A stretch of DNA of 64,000 nt from Paraspadella gotoi (lineage: Eukaryota > Animalia > Chaetognatha), in contig CM119270.1 in NCBI GenBank assembly GCA_051294375.1, forward strand, positions 4,084,301 to 4,148,300, read 5' to 3'. This document shows, in pieces, positions 14,489-29,267 of the stretch; position 1 is the first letter of the stretch, and every line of letters starts with the position of its first letter. Below the pieces are notes generated by a model. It saw only the letters and a list, made by a program, of their open reading frames with translations, ran no database searches and had not been told where the DNA came from. Position numbers and translations under genes: made by a program.

Positions 14489-14949
14489 AGAGACAGTTTG
14501 AGTTTAGTTTTGACAACAATTTATTTAATCAACAGTATGGGGACTAAAACCACCAACATTCATCATCGGCCTTGGTGCGGGAGGCAAGTCATTCGCTCCC
14601 AACCAAACGTCCGGGGTTCTAGCCCGTGTCATCTTGCATTTAGAGGGAGGCCGCTTAAGCCGCCTGTTAACACGGTGTTACAGGCCTATCCGAAGCTCAG
14701 GGACTGCTTATATTAACGGTTCTGTCACTAACACATAACAATATTACTGTCCTTCAACAGACATTGTTTGGCTTCATTTCAAGCCTTATCAGCGTCTGTT
14801 TACTCTCTTTCTCTCTTCCTTTACACAAAATATTTTTTTCAAGTTCACTAACGCTGATGAAGGATGAAATTGAAGCCGAAACAGTTCTGTTTTGATTAAA
14901 TAAATCGTTGTCAAAACTAACTCAAATGTCTCTATGTCCAAACAACAAA
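14489..14949. mobile_element. Penelope-like inverted-pLTR remnant with hammerhead, interrupted by a SINE
   Basis: + strand aacg-CTGATGA-A-GG..CC-GAAACAGTTC-tgtt (14850-14891); inverted copy split into 14489-14535 and 14761-14795; 12-bp TSD gtttttaatttt at 14477-14488 and 14950-14961. Confidence 0.72.
14536..14753 (+). mobile_element. tRNA-derived SINE (duplicate at 23531-23748)
   Basis: Pol III A-box TGGTGCGGGAGG 14573-14584 and B-box GGTTCTAGCCC 14615-14625; non-tRNA body with hairpin gcctgttaacac/gtgttacaggc; flanking direct repeat tcaacag at 14529-14535 and 14754-14760. Confidence 0.65.
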
Positions 14950-15678
14950 GTTTTTAATTTTTAGGTTAGCGAATAGGGACAATTTTTATACTTTTGATTA
15001 TTGATTTATAATTTATTGCTGAATATATTCATTATATGTTTTGTTTCTTTCTTTTTGTAAAAATTGACTAATAAATTGAGTTTTAACCATGCTGCTCCGT
15101 ACTGCTGCAAAAACTAAATGAAAATAAAAGTGAACAAAATCTTGCCAAAAGTATATGAAAAATAAATTCCATATTATTTTTTTGGTATCCTTCACTGTTT
15201 AATCTTTAAATAAACTAGAATTTTCTGAGAAAAAGAATATTGGTTGCCACTACGAAAAAATATAGTCTAGCGACATCATAGGCGAGTGAGTTAATCAAAC
15301 TCCAAAAAGCGCTCATGACATATTATCTAAAAACCATCATGGTTAAAGAGTAGTACATTTTAATAAATCTCATAAGTATTCAGATATATTCATGCTGTCC
15401 TACCTCGCTCCGTCGTCGTTTTTTCCCCTATTTTTTTTAAAGGAAAAAAATACGGTAAACGATATTTTAAAGAGAAAAGATTCAACGAGTTTGACGTCAT
15501 AAATACTTCTGTTCTGTGAACCTATACTGTAAGCACTAATGAGTCGTATTTACTTTTCAAAATTTTTTTCCATTTCTATCCACCTGTCCCAGCACGGTGC
15601 TCTAACTTTGGTATGATTGTTGAAGGGGATACGGGTTTTCCATGCAACTATCACGAATAACAGATGGATGCTCCTCCC

Positions 15679-15734
<56 letters not shown>

Positions 15735-16173
15735 GAGAGAGAGAGAGCGGAACTTGAAGAAGAGAAGAGAAAATGGGGCGATTAACAATGGGGTCGTTTG
15801 ATTCTCACTTTTGATAAAGTGAGAATCTCTATTGGATCACGATTTCTATCAATTGCGACTGGCCCATGGGTCGTCGTCGTCGTTGTCGTCGTCGTTGTTG
15901 ACGTCGTTGTCGTCATCGTTGTTGTCGTCGTCGTTGTTGTCGTCGTTGTCATCGTCTTTCTCATCTTCGACGTCAAATTAAATTACTTGCGTGAACAAAG
16001 ACTTCTCGTTGAGTTGTTGTTGTTGTCGCTGTTGTTGTTTTTGTTGTTGTTATAATTTCATGATCACGATGATGATGATAATGATGATTACGATAATGAA
16101 TATGACGACGAAGTGAACATCTATGATAACGACGACTAATTCGATGGCATCGCAAATTTCCCAGGCGACGAAA

Positions 16174-16205
<32 letters not shown>

Positions 16206-19200
16206 NNNNNNNNNNNNNNNNNNNNNNNNNGCTCAAGCCAAAAGTTTCCAAAACGATACAGGGTGAGTAAAAAAAAATGCTTAGGATTGTATTAGTATTA
16301 ACGTCTTTTCAAAAAATGTTACTTATTTACTTTGTATTTGACGTAGCAGTATTTGACGACCGTTGTAGAAGGATGAACAAGTTCAGTTTCAAATTTTTTG
16401 ATTACATTATCTAATTTTATTTTTACTTCGTCAATTTTTATTCACATGTTTCAGTTTTCAAATTTCCATCGGACTTTCCAATCACAAAATCCCAAATATT
16501 TTCCTTCTCCTCTTTGTCGGAATTTATGAAAAACTTTTTCCCATTGGATCGGACAGTGCGCGTTACTGCTACTCCACGAAGTCCGTTCGTACGTGCGGCG
16601 TCTGAAAAAGCGTCCCGAGCGCCCAATTAACTCCCGTCACGAGGCGTCTGGCTCGTCGGTCCAGTGAGTCCCTGCGTTCGCCCATCGCAGGTACGCTCGA
16701 GTCTACCTTTCCTCATCTTCGCCCTTGACATTTCTCCGTTCACTTCTTCTCTTCCACAGCATTCTCTTTCAAATTTCTTTTTCATTAGATAACAAGCATT
16801 GTATATATTATCCAATTTACGTTTAAATCTCGTATTCCACTTTTAACAAATAGATTTACTAAAGATAAATGAAATAAATAAATAAAATAATAAAAAATAA
16901 ATAAATAAATAAATAAATAATAAATAATAAATAAATGAAGATAATAATAAATAAATGAACAATTTAAAAACGTTACTTAAAATTACCAGAATATGACACA
17001 AATTCGTTATGTTCTCCTTCATCTTTTAATACCCCTACCTCTTTCAAAACCGCTGACCTCTTATCAAGACCCCTTGACCTCTTTCCAGGGCCCTAACCCC
17101 CCAGGGAACCCTTCTTCTTTTCCCCCCCCAACCCCCGACTCTAAATCATTCCATACCCTTACAGCCCTTGCGCCAAAGAGGTCGCCTCCTCCAAACGCCC
17201 TCTTTTCCCGTCCCTCCTCACAAGACTCCCCCCCCCACTTTCATACAAAACTAAGGTACTTTTTGTACAAAGAATTTTCTCACTATATCCTCTTTCCCCC
17301 TTCCCCCTTTCATTTCCATCGAATCCATTCTCCGAGCCCACCCCCCCGCCAAATAAATACAATCTTCATTCTCAGCATTATCATCACCAATAATCCTCTT
17401 CGTGCCTTTCCTACTCCCACACCTCACCCCTTATTCTCACCGCCCACTCTACTAGAATCTCACCCGCCCACCCCGCCATAACCTGTTCCAAAAAAGAAAA
17501 CCCCTAACCCTTCAGATCTGTTAAGCCGATTTAGAAATCAGTATAACCCTAGCGACCCCACCCACCCCCCGCCCTCACCGTTTCCATCATTTCTCATACG
17601 ATTTCTTTGCGTAAATATGGCGTGAGTTTCGATGCTGGGTTTTCACTCGACGCGACAAATTATGGAGGAGGAAAATTTTTCAATCTCGAAAAAGAAAGGT
17701 ACGTGGGAGAAAATGGCAGTTGGTGGGGGTGAGGTGGAAAGGGTTGTGGAGGGGTGGAGGTGAAAAAGTAGGTTGGAGAGGTAATGACGAATCGAGTGAG
17801 TGGAGTCGATGATTAAAGCTTCAATTTCTTTATAAACTTGAGGAAATCTTAAACATCATTTAGAGATGAACTAAATTGCCTGATGTATAATGGTAGTTAT
17901 ATAGTTTTGTAAATTAAGGGAGGAGCATACAAGTTGTAGGGCCATATCTCATTAGTTACAGCAATTCTATTAGAACGTCGAACCGCACCTCTATCATTCG
18001 AACGCGGAGACTTAGAGTTACCAATGAAAATTCTCTTTTGAAAAAATTCCAGCGCCAAAAGAATGACGGAGACATTCATTTTTTGCCACATATCCTCACC
18101 TATAATATCTAGGTTCTACCGCATCCTATTTTCTTAAATATTCTTCCATCTTCAATAGACAAAAATGACACAAGAGCATTGAAAGGCCAAATCTTTGTGA
18201 ACGCCAAAAAAATATAGAAAATTTTTTTGGGTTGCGTCAAAATCGATAGCAGCTAGGACTGCGTAATCTCCTAATATTATCGTATATGAACGACAGTCGC
18301 GCTCATTCTTATCTATCTTTATTTGCTTATGTGAATTTTTTCTTTCAAAACCTTTTATTCGATTTTAACAAAAACTTTTTCTTCAGGTAAAGAAGAATTG
18401 ATTTTTCATAAATTTTAAGAAAGTTTGTATTTTTTACTTCTACTGCACATAAACAAGGAAAGTCATAAATGAAAGCTGATCGCCACGCTAGATGGATACT
18501 AGAAAACAACAAAGAAAGTCCGTAAAACAACTCTATACGTTTTAACTTTTACGTAACAAAAAAAGAAATCCTAGTCGAAGATGATTATTGATGTGAAAAA
18601 CAAGGAAAAAAAGTGGTTGGTGACGGTTTGGAGAACTAATACCTAAAAGAAAGAATAGGAAAGTGAAATAGCAAGCACCAGCCCAAAGGTTAGATAACAA
18701 TCAATCCAACTTGAATAAATAAGGCTTGTATAAAAGAGATAATAAAACAAGATCTGCAACATGTCTCATCTGCCCCACTGATCATTAGCTGTACGTCACT
18801 GGCCACGACAATAATAACGATGACATGATGGCTGACGACGAATACCGATGACTTGATGATGATTTGTGCTGTATCGCCTGGCGAGCGAATCGCCGTAGAT
18901 GGAAGACGTCTCAACGTCCGACGATGAAATGAAAATATCTTCGTTCAATGTTTTCCCAAATTCGCGACCGGAGTCTTGACTACGGATAAATTGAAGAGAG
19001 GGAAAAATGGTTGGCCGAGCAATCTGGGTTATTTAGTAACGTCTGGTTTGCAATTCTTGAATTCTTCCATTGCTTCTAAGATTATTACGTCGAAACCGTT
19101 TTAAGACCGTTCATTTCCTTTAACCGATATTTTATGGTTTATCTATGGATCGTTACAAACAATTTGCTAAATGCTTTAATCCTCGCCTGTTATAACTCGA

Positions 19201-22200
19201 TAAATAACACATTTGAAACCTCACAAGATTGAGGGGCGGACCCGAATCAAAGTGGATTATAGATCGGATCTGTTTACAAAAAAATTTTTTTTTTATCTCG
19301 CAATCGCTTAGTCATTGCGCGATATTGTAACGCTTTTGCACATAAGGGCTTCGTCGTCGTCGTTTGTCGTCATCGTCGGTTGCGTTGTTGCTTGGCGTTC
19401 CAATTATAGATCGCCTCTTTTATGATATAACTTGGGTTTATGAAGCTGATAATTTATTACAGCTTCTCATCACAATGTGCTTAATAAATGATCTGGACGT
19501 TATTAAAGAATTTGTTTACCTTTTATTCCAAAACAATATAATTATCTCTTTTTATTTCCTCTTTCTCTCTTTCTCTTTCTCTCTTTTAATTGTCTCTCTC
19601 CTCTCAATCTTTCCGAGTCACTGATTCATTAGGGGGAAAAAACGAGTCTGCATAGCTGGCTCTGCTGCTGCCTTTGATTTTTTTCTTTTTCTCTCTCTCT
19701 CTTCTCGATCGCATTCGTGCATGTTATCATTTTTGCTATCGATACATTAGGTTTATTCTTTTTTTTTTTCAGGGCTACGTCTGCTGATAATTTATTTTTG
19801 ACATTAACATTTTTTTTTCTTTTTTTCAGAAAATGTAATTAATTATAATTTATAAATATAATTTTTTTTCTGTTATAAATTAATTTTCTTTTCTCAATTT
19901 TATTTTTTATATCAAAATTTGCGTCAATCCATATTTTTCTTACTGCATGATTGGCGACGATACCTTATGCTTTTAAGATTTGTAAATATTCTTCTTTTTT
20001 CTTGTTACCCTGGTTTCTGCAGGTTGATTCCAAGTTTTTATTTTTAATTCTTTATACTTTCCGCCTCTGCTTTTCAAATAACGCTTGTCAACAGGACACT
20101 ACAAGATCAGATTTCGTTTTCTTGGAATGAATAGAAAAAAAAAATGGGAGTCATTTTTGGTTTAATGTTTTTGTTTCTTTCAGATGAGTTTTACGAAAAA
20201 GCTCCAAGTTTATCTCACATGGATCAATCATAATGTCCTCGGAATAGTGAAATTCGCAATACGTATTAATTTATTTATTTAATCCAAACTTTAATATTTT
20301 ATTAGCATGAAACAAATTTTTACAGCATTGAACACATTATTTTTTTTATATCACTCAATCATCTAACGAAGAGAATTCAAGTTGTATTAAAGCATTGAAA
20401 TTGAGCCAGCACAGAAGCCATTTCTCCTTTATTAGTCCCTGCGCTTATTATAGGTTTATCTTCAAACCCAACACATGTCGATCCGTCAGTCCCCGCTCGT
20501 TCAACCTTGTCGTATTTATTTAGATCATATCAGAAATTAAATTATGATAAAGTATGTAAAGATGAGTCCGTCCATCCGTCGTCCATCCGTCTTCCACTTA
20601 GCATTAACTCGAATTGGTTTTGTAAATTTTAAATTTTCTCGTCTTCCAGACAATCTCAGATCTCCACAATTGACGTGTCGAACTGAAAATGAATTGGAAT
20701 TTACAATTTTAATAATGATTTTCCAAAGCAAGATTTAAAATCATAAAATTAAAGAGTTGATTTTTTATGATATCATCTATATCTTCTTCTGAAGTAATTT
20801 TATGAATGCCATGATCCGTGAATAATTGTTGACAGTGTCTATCTGATTTGAATATCACAACAATGATTAGAGTTAGGAATGTGAAATAAATAATCGGTAG
20901 TACGATTGGATCTGCTTTAGCGATTCACTATGCTATTAATTTAAATTTAAAAAAAATTTTTCTGGTACCAAACTTTTTATTTTATTATTAAGTCAACTTA
21001 TTTTCTATCTATATGTAAAATAACAATTTTTTAGTCTTATAAACATAGCATGACCAATTAAAATAAATTATACAAATTAAAAATGATGCGTTAAAAAAAT
21101 CATATGAGTTAAAAAAATTATATAAATAAAAATGAATATAGTGAAAAATGATGCGAGTTGAAAAAGATGACGCAGTTGAAAAACATAGCGATTAAAAATG
21201 ATGCGAGAGAAAAAAATGATGCGAGTGAAAAATGATGCGAGTTGAAAAATCGATGCGAGTTGAAAATGATGCGATTGAAAAATGATGCGTAGTTGAAAAA
21301 TGATGGCGAGTTGAAAAATGATGCAGTTGAAAATGATGCGGTTGAAAAGAATGCGAGTGAAAAAATGTGCTGAAGTGAAACAAAATGATGCGAGTTGAAA
21401 AAGGTCCGCTACAATCAGACTCTTTAGACAATGGAATCTGAACTTAATTTCGTTCATTCTCTGATATCTCATGACAATATGATCTTTTTCATTTAAAAAA
21501 CGTAGCTATAGCTTCCTCTTATCTATACGTCTCTTATAACTCTATGAGCCAATCACGTTCAGATCTAATTCTTCGAGCTTATACATCATTCTTAATCTCG
21601 ATTACTTCATCTATAGCTTTTAAAACGTATAGGGATGAATTTTCATGGTACAGAAACTTTAAAGATCGAATTCCTATAATAATGTGTATCTTTATTTTAG
21701 AGCAAATTCAGAAAACACACAAGTACTATTATCATTTTTTTCCTTTCAACCTCTCTGTATTCTTCTCGTTACTTTCTTCCCACGATTGTTCTTTTTCTAC
21801 CATCTACTGTTGCTCCTCCTTACTCATATCGACCAACCTCACTTGTATTGATTATTACCCCTAAACCTTCTCCATGTTCTCTCCTCCTTTTCCTTACTTT
21901 TTTTTCTCTATCTCTTTTCTGCCCTTTCTTATCTCCCTCTTTTATTTAATTCCCCTTTTCTTCTGCTACATTCTTCACTATCCCCTTTGCCTCTCTTTTC
22001 ATTTTTCACCCTCATCTCTTCATCTTCCCCTCTCCATTTTTGTTTCCCTTTCCTCTCCTTAATTATTCCTTTATAATGAACCAATCGCTAAAATTTAATC
22101 ATTATAGAAAGAAAAATTACGTAGCGCATGAGTTACTTTCAATTTGTAGCCTAGCATTTAGTAAATCGACAGATTTGCGGAAAATTTTTCCGCAAATCTG

Positions 22201-23483
22201 TCGTTCTGAGAAACAAAACTAGTCCTGACCTTCCGTTGGGTAAAAGGGATGCAGGTATCTTTTTTAATAATCAAGTCAGATATGTACTCAATTTAAAACT
22301 AATAAATGAGTTGAAATATCTCTTTATCAAATAAATGCATCACAAAAATCACAAATAAAGACGTCTCTAAAAATTATTTGTGGCTAACCAAAAAGTTTTT
22401 TTGAATATTTTATAGTGTTAAAGCTATTTCCTGGCTATATTTTCTGTAATTCAACCTATGATTTATTTTTGTCTTAATAAATTTGATAAAGACCTGAAAC
22501 TCCAACTTTTGACTTGTTAATTTTAAAATTTATTCATAGACAAAACTATAAATCATGTTAAGACTAATAGATTACCCCAGAGTAAAGAAAGATAACGAAG
22601 ACGGATACTGTTCCAAAGGTAAAAATTTTTCTTAACTTTCATTGCATTCAATCAGAAGTCTAAGTAGAAATGGACCAAAAATGGACAAATTTTTGGCTAA
22701 ATTGCCAAATAGTACTATTTTTTACATTAAAACGGTGGAGATGTTTGACTAACCAATCCTTCGTCTCGCCAAATCTCAGTCGTGATCGTGTACAAAGTTA
22801 ATCAAATTTAAGTAACACTGAACATATAGTCGACAGAGTCGTTATTTTTTCCGAAATGCAACGTTTGTCGCCGAGATACCAAAAAATATGCGAGTTGAAA
22901 AAAAAAATTTTGATGCGAGTTAAAAAATGCAATGCCGAAGTTGAAAATTGATGCCGAGTTGAAAAAATGAATGCGAGTTGAAAAAATGAGCATATTGAAA
23001 AATGATGCGAGTTCAAAAAGATGCGTAGTTGAAAAAATGATGCGAGTTGAAAAAATGTGCGAGTTGAAAATAATGAATGCCGAGTTCAAATAAAATGATT
23101 CGAGTTAAAAAATGATGCGAGTGCAACAGCATAAATGATACGAGTTTGAAAAAATGATGCGAGTTGTAAAAAATGAGGCAGTTGATGATGCAGTTGAAAA
23201 ATTGAAGTTGATAAAATTTGAAGTTGAACAACTAACAAGATAAAAACATACAAGTTAAAACAATTATAAAAACAAAATATAATAAAATATTGAAAAATAT
23301 TTTTATACCTCAGCACTGGGTTCATTATTCAATGATTATTATGATCTGTAGATTGATAACATTATAATTGAAAGATATCAATATAACTTATTCATCTGCA
23401 TAGCTGATTACACTAAAATTATCTACGGTAGATCCGATATTGTTTGCTCAAAATTTTGTTTGTAATTTTTGGTTTTTAATTTT

Positions 23484-23944
23484 AGAGACAGTTTGAGTTT
23501 AGTTTTGACAACAATTTATTTAATCAACAGTATGGGGACTAAAACCACCAACATTCATCATCGGCCTTGGTGCGGGAGGCAAGTCATTCGCTCCCAACCA
23601 AACGTCCGGGGTTCTAGCCCGTGTCATCTTGCATTTAGAGGGAGGCCGCTTAAGCCGCCTGTTAACACGGTGTTACAGGCCTATCCGAAGCTCAGGGACT
23701 GCTTATATTAACGGTTCTGTCACTAACACATAACAATATTACTGTCCTTCAACAGACATTGTTTGGCTTCATTTCAAGCCTTATCAGCGTCTGTTTACTC
23801 TCTTTCTCTCTTCCTTTACACAAAATATTTTTTTCAAGTTCACTAACGCTGATGAAGGATGAAATTGAAGCCGAAACAGTTCTGTTTTGATTAAATAAAT
23901 CGTTGTCAAAACTAACTCAAATGTCTCTATGTCCAAACAACAAA
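23484..23944. mobile_element. duplicate copy (+8995) of the 14489-14949 Penelope-like/SINE composite
   Basis: Identical sequence within the 9-kb duplication. Confidence 0.7.
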
Positions 23945-25348
23945 GTTTTTAATTTTTAGGTTAGCGAATAGGGACAATTTTTATACTTTTGATTATTGAT
24001 TTATAATTTATTGCTGAATATATTCATTATATGTTTTGTTTCTTTCTTTTTGTAAAAATTGACTAATAAATTGAGTTTTAACCATGCTGCTCCGTACTGC
24101 TGCAAAAACTAAATGAAAATAAAAGTGAACAAAATCTTGCCAAAAGTATATGAAAAATAAATTCCATATTATTTTTTTGGTATCCTTCACTGTTTAATCT
24201 TTAAATAAACTAGAATTTTCTGAGAAAAAGAATATTGGTTGCCACTACGAAAAAATATAGTCTAGCGACATCATAGGCGAGTGAGTTAATCAAACTCCAA
24301 AAAGCGCTCATGACATATTATCTAAAAACCATCATGGTTAAAGAGTAGTACATTTTAATAAATCTCATAAGTATTCAGATATATTCATGCTGTCCTACCT
24401 CGCTCCGTCGTCGTTTTTTCCCCTATTTTTTTTAAAGGAAAAAAATACGGTAAACGATATTTTAAAGAGAAAAGATTCAACGAGTTTGACGTCATAAATA
24501 CTTCTGTTCTGTGAACCTATACTGTAAGCACTAATGAGTCGTATTTACTTTTCAAAATTTTTTTCCATTTCTATCCACCTGTCCCAGCACGGTGCTCTAA
24601 CTTTGGTATGATTGTTGAAGGGGATACGGGTTTTCCATGCAACTATCACGAATAACAGATGGATGCTCCTCCCTTAAGAGAGAGAGAGAGAGAGAGAAGA
24701 GAGAGAGAGGATGAAGAGAGAGAGGAGAGAGAGAGGAGAGAGGGAGAGACGAGAAAGAACGGAAAGAAAAGGGGACTGAGAAGAAAGAGAAGAGAAATGG
24801 GGCGATTCAACAATGGGGTCGTTTGATTCTCACTTTTGATAAAGTGAGAATCTCTAATTGGATTCTCGATTTCTATCAATGCGATGCCCATGGGTCGATC
24901 GTCGTCGTGTGTTGACTGTCGTGTGTCGTCGTCGTGTTGTCGTCGTTTGTCATCGTCCTTCTCATCGTCGACGTCAAATTAAATTACTCGTGAACAAAGA
25001 CTTCTCGTTGGTTGTTGTGTGTCCTGTTGTGTTTTTGTTTTGTTATATTTCATGATCCACGATGTGATGATAAGATGATTACGATAATGATACATGAGAC
25101 GACGAAGTGAACATCTATATAACGAGACTAATTCGATGCATCGCCAAATTTCAGCGGAACACGGCACGCGCGACGACACGACGACGACGAGACGACGACG
25201 ACGATCGCGACGATGTGATGTTTGATGATTCATGCATACGAATGGACAGAGGAGGATTTGTTTCGCAGCTCAAAGCCAGAGACCAATTTTTTTTTCCTCT
25301 CAGCTGATCATGATTAGCGTCGCGAAATTAAATCAGTTTCGCGCGCTG

Positions 25349-25519
25349 AGTAATTATATCCGGGAGGCGATGGAAGAGTGTTAAGTAATTACATCCGGGC
25401 GACGATGGAAGCGTGATAAGTAATTACATCCGGGAGATGATAAAAGCGTGTGAAGTAATTACATCCGGAAACTGATGGAAGTGTGTTAAATAATTACTTC
25501 CCGGAGATGATGGAAGCGG
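25349..25519 (+). repeat. 35-bp minisatellite, ~5 copies
   Basis: agtaattacatccgggagatgatggaagcgtgtta-like units. Confidence 0.85.
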
Positions 25520-25929
25520 ATCTCAGAAAAAACCTTTGAGAGATAAAGAAAACAATAATGAAAATTTAAATATATAATTGTACAAAAAGTTAAAGAATAT
25601 CATTGAATTCTAACAATATGTACCCCAAGTTAAATTAATAAAACTTTTATTTATCTTCGTACAAAATTCTGTTTTAAAACTACTTCATGTTATTAATATT
25701 TTTAATAATTTTCATTAGTATTATTATGATATCATGTCGGGACAGTCCGGTCTCCGGAACGGTAAACATCATCAATTTCCACAGCCTCACGAATCCGCTT
25801 ATCCCGGAATAGATCTTGCTCATTTGTTTATCCAAGTGAGAGAGAGAGAAAAAAAACCCGCTAACAGAGGGCGATGCTCTTCTCTCCGTGATCGAGGAGA
25901 ATTTTTCACAATAAAAACCAGAGTGCAAC

Positions 25930-25962
<33 letters not shown>

Positions 25963-27714
25963 CAACAAAAAAAAAGCGGAATTATTCATGTGGAAAAAAA
26001 GCGTCCAGTCTGAAGACCTCGTGACGCCCTCATCCCTCATTTTCGACCTCGACCTCTCCTGCGTTTCACAGTTCACAGTTTAGTACAGTTCACCAACCGA
26101 TCTCATTACGAACTCACTCATAAGACACTCACCCATGAAACATTCATTCGGTAAAACTTATCAATGGATTCGCTCCTGATGTCGATTCTCACCTAACTTG
26201 TCTTTGTACAAACAACTTACCCTTTTAATATCACTTCTCTTCCTCTTCTCTCTCTCTTTACCCGACCTTCTCGACTTACCTTCTTCCCTCTTCACACCCT
26301 GCTTCTCTTCCGCTATCGATTTACCCACGAAGCTCGGATTTGAAATGGGTCAATTTATGGTGAGCGCCTCGTGGTCAGTGAAGGAGAGAGAGAGAGAAAG
26401 GGGGAAGAAGGAAAAAGCGATGAGGAATGAAAAATAAAAGGGACGATAAAAATATGTTTGTTTGTTTAAAATTCGCGTTTGTTTTTTTGTTTTAATCTTT
26501 TTGTTTTAATTTGTAGGACAAAGTTCGGATTTCGTTTTAATTTTTCGTTCTCCTTCTCTTTTTCCTTGTTTTCCTTCTTATTTCTCTTTCCGTTTTCCCT
26601 TTTCTTCTCTTTCTCTCTTTCAGCTTTCTCACTTTAATATTCTTCCTCCTCTTTTTCTCCCTGTTCCATCTACTTTATTCCTCCTATCTCTGCTTCCTAG
26701 TTTAATCTCCCATCAGTTTTTTGACGTTCCTATCTTCCCTGTTTCTTACTCCTCGTTATTGTTTATATTCTCCTCCCCCGTTTCTCATTTCTTCCTCCTT
26801 TTCATCTCCCTCCTTTACCTTCTCATCCTCTTCCTCCTCCTCTGAATCCTTCCTCCTTTGACTTCTCCTCATCCTTTCTCCTCCTTCTTCCTCTTCCTCC
26901 TCTTCCTCCTCTTCCTCCTCGCCCGGGATCGAAAAAAAAACTCTTTTCCTCTCAAAAAACCGCGCCGATGTCGCTTCGGCACTAGAGCCTCTTTTGACTC
27001 ACAATCTTCTCATTTGCATATGGGAGTAGGACAGACAAATCGCTCTTTCGGAGAAAAAAAAAGGAGAGAGAGAGAGAGAGAGCATGAGAGAGAGATGACG
27101 AGAGAGAGAGAGGAGAGTTGAGACAGAGAGAGAGGAGAGAGCAGAGGAAACGATGAGAGACGACGGAAAGAGGAGAGAGAGATTCATGGTGAAAAACGAG
27201 GACGAAGCGATATAAATGACTTCTCCTTCCGCCGAATTACTCTTCGGGTCAAACGCTCGATGTTATTGCTTGGGGGAGGGCAAGCAGGACGGACACGAGG
27301 AGCAAGCATCGATTCAAGTGCAAGCATCGGCTTGGAGAATCCCATTTTCTACAGACCGAAAGTCAAGGTGAGAGGAAATAAAATGAATGCTGATCAGATT
27401 GCGATGGTGAAAATCAGAGAACTTTTAAACTGAAAATTTTAATCCTCTATTTTTTAGTCGAATTTTCATTTATTAAACTAAACTTATGTAAGGCCATTAA
27501 AAGCTTTTTAATTCCCAAAGCGAAACAAGTTAAAAGCTTTTTCGAGTCTCGGAAATTCGCTCCCTTAACATTTCTTTTCGTTACGAAGCCAAAGGATGGG
27601 ACGCCCATCTAAATGGCCTCCAATTAAGCGGAAACTGTGGACATAAAGCGAGACTTAAAAGCGAAACTGGCACAACATTCCGGCGGTCGTGGCTGCGTTT
27701 GAGGGGAAGGAATC

Positions 27715-27997
27715 CGTGGAGTGGTGGTAGCGAAGATATAATAAAATTTGTGGAGCGGTGGTACGTGAAAATGATGGAATTTGCGGAGTGGTGGTAAGGA
27801 AAAAATGATGGAATTTGTGGAGTGGTGGTACAGAAAAAATAATGGAATTCAAGGAGTGGTGGTAAAACAAATGATTAAATATGTGGAGTGGTGGTACCGA
27901 AAAAATAATGGAATTAGTGGAGTGGTGGTAAAACAAATGATTGATTATGTGGAGTGGTGGTATTGAAAAAATGATGGAATTGGTGATGTGGTGGTAC
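27715..27997 (+). repeat. ~33-37-bp minisatellite, ~9 copies
   Basis: gtggagtggtggta..aaaaatgatggaattt units. Confidence 0.85.
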
Positions 27998-28360
27998 TTA
28001 ATTTAAACTGATGACACGAATTGTAGAATAGGTTTTTAGCAACCATTGCCTAATGACTTAAGATAAAAGAAAAATATTTTTAAATAAGTTCTAAATAATT
28101 TAAAACGGAATACATATAGACAAATTTTTCTTCTTCTTTAATGCGACATACATTAAATCTTATAATTATGCCTTATTCTACGTAGGCTGTTGACTCACCA
28201 ACTAAACGTTAGAGGGCGAAAGAGACATTACGAACAAAAGGGACGCGTTCTCTTTTGCGATGAAAACGTCGAGACAAACAAGAGATAAAGATGAGGGAGA
28301 ATGAGTTTCGGGGGAAACGAAACGGAAGGAAAAATGAAAGGATGAGACTAGTAATGGGAT

Positions 28361-28466
<106 letters not shown>

Positions 28467-29007
28467 TGGAAATTAAAACAAATGGCTTCACTCTCCCGTC
28501 ATAAATTCAGAGGGCGTTTTCATTTATTCTCTATTGGCTGCTTTCCAAGAAGAGAGGAGCATTAAACTTACTTTTTATCATTTATCGGCTGACAGAGTAA
28601 TTTTTTATCCTAATATTTTCAGCTTTTAGCTTAAAAGTTAATTAGTAATTTAGTACAAAAAAACGCTCAATAATTTTTTTTTGTTAAAGAAAAAAGAGAG
28701 AGAAAAGATTCCTTCAGAAGAGATGATAAAACTTGAATGACACCCAGCGAAGAAACATGAGACTTGAGCGTCGACGATCGAAAAACAAACAAATCTTAGA
28801 TGAAATGAAAAGGAGGAAAGGAGGAAAGAAAAGAAGAAGGAAAAAAGAAAAGAAGGAAGAATGGAGGAAAGGAGGAAAAAGAGAAAAGGAAAGAAGAAAA
28901 TCAGAAAGGAAAAAAGCGGGTGAGAAAAGAATACAAAATATTCTTATATCATCTCTTTCGCCAAATTGCTTATGAATTGGGGCGTTTTGAGAAAATAGAG
29001 CCGTCCA

Positions 29008-29267
29008 GGCTCTCTTTTTAAAAAGCGCCCGATTTGTGGTCCTTAATCCTTAAACTTTGTTTACATCTTATATCTAATACCAACTCTGTTAACAAAGCCC
29101 TAACCTAATATTTAACCCTAATTCCCTTACCGAATCCTTTACCCTAACCTAATTATTAACTTAATCCCTGACCTAATTCCTAACCCTAACCTTTAACCTA
29201 ATTTTTTAAACCTAAAAACTCAATACCTAATTTAGGATGAAATGGGGCGTTTTGAGAAAATAGAGCC
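29008..29267. mobile_element. MITE-like TIR element filled with degenerate (CCCTAA)n
   Basis: Imperfect ~27-bp TIRs ggctctctttttaaaaagcgcccgattt / aaatggggcgttttgagaaaatagagcc; CA on both flanks; extra solo TIR at 28976-29002. Confidence 0.6.

Noticed and set aside
14568-14640. Functional tRNA gene
   Set aside because: A/B boxes are present, but I could not form an acceptor stem and it continues into a SINE-like body
12082-27997. CRISPR-like appearance of the 19-, 35- and ~35-bp arrays
   Set aside because: Head-to-tail degenerate units with no unique spacers, no cas genes, and a eukaryotic context
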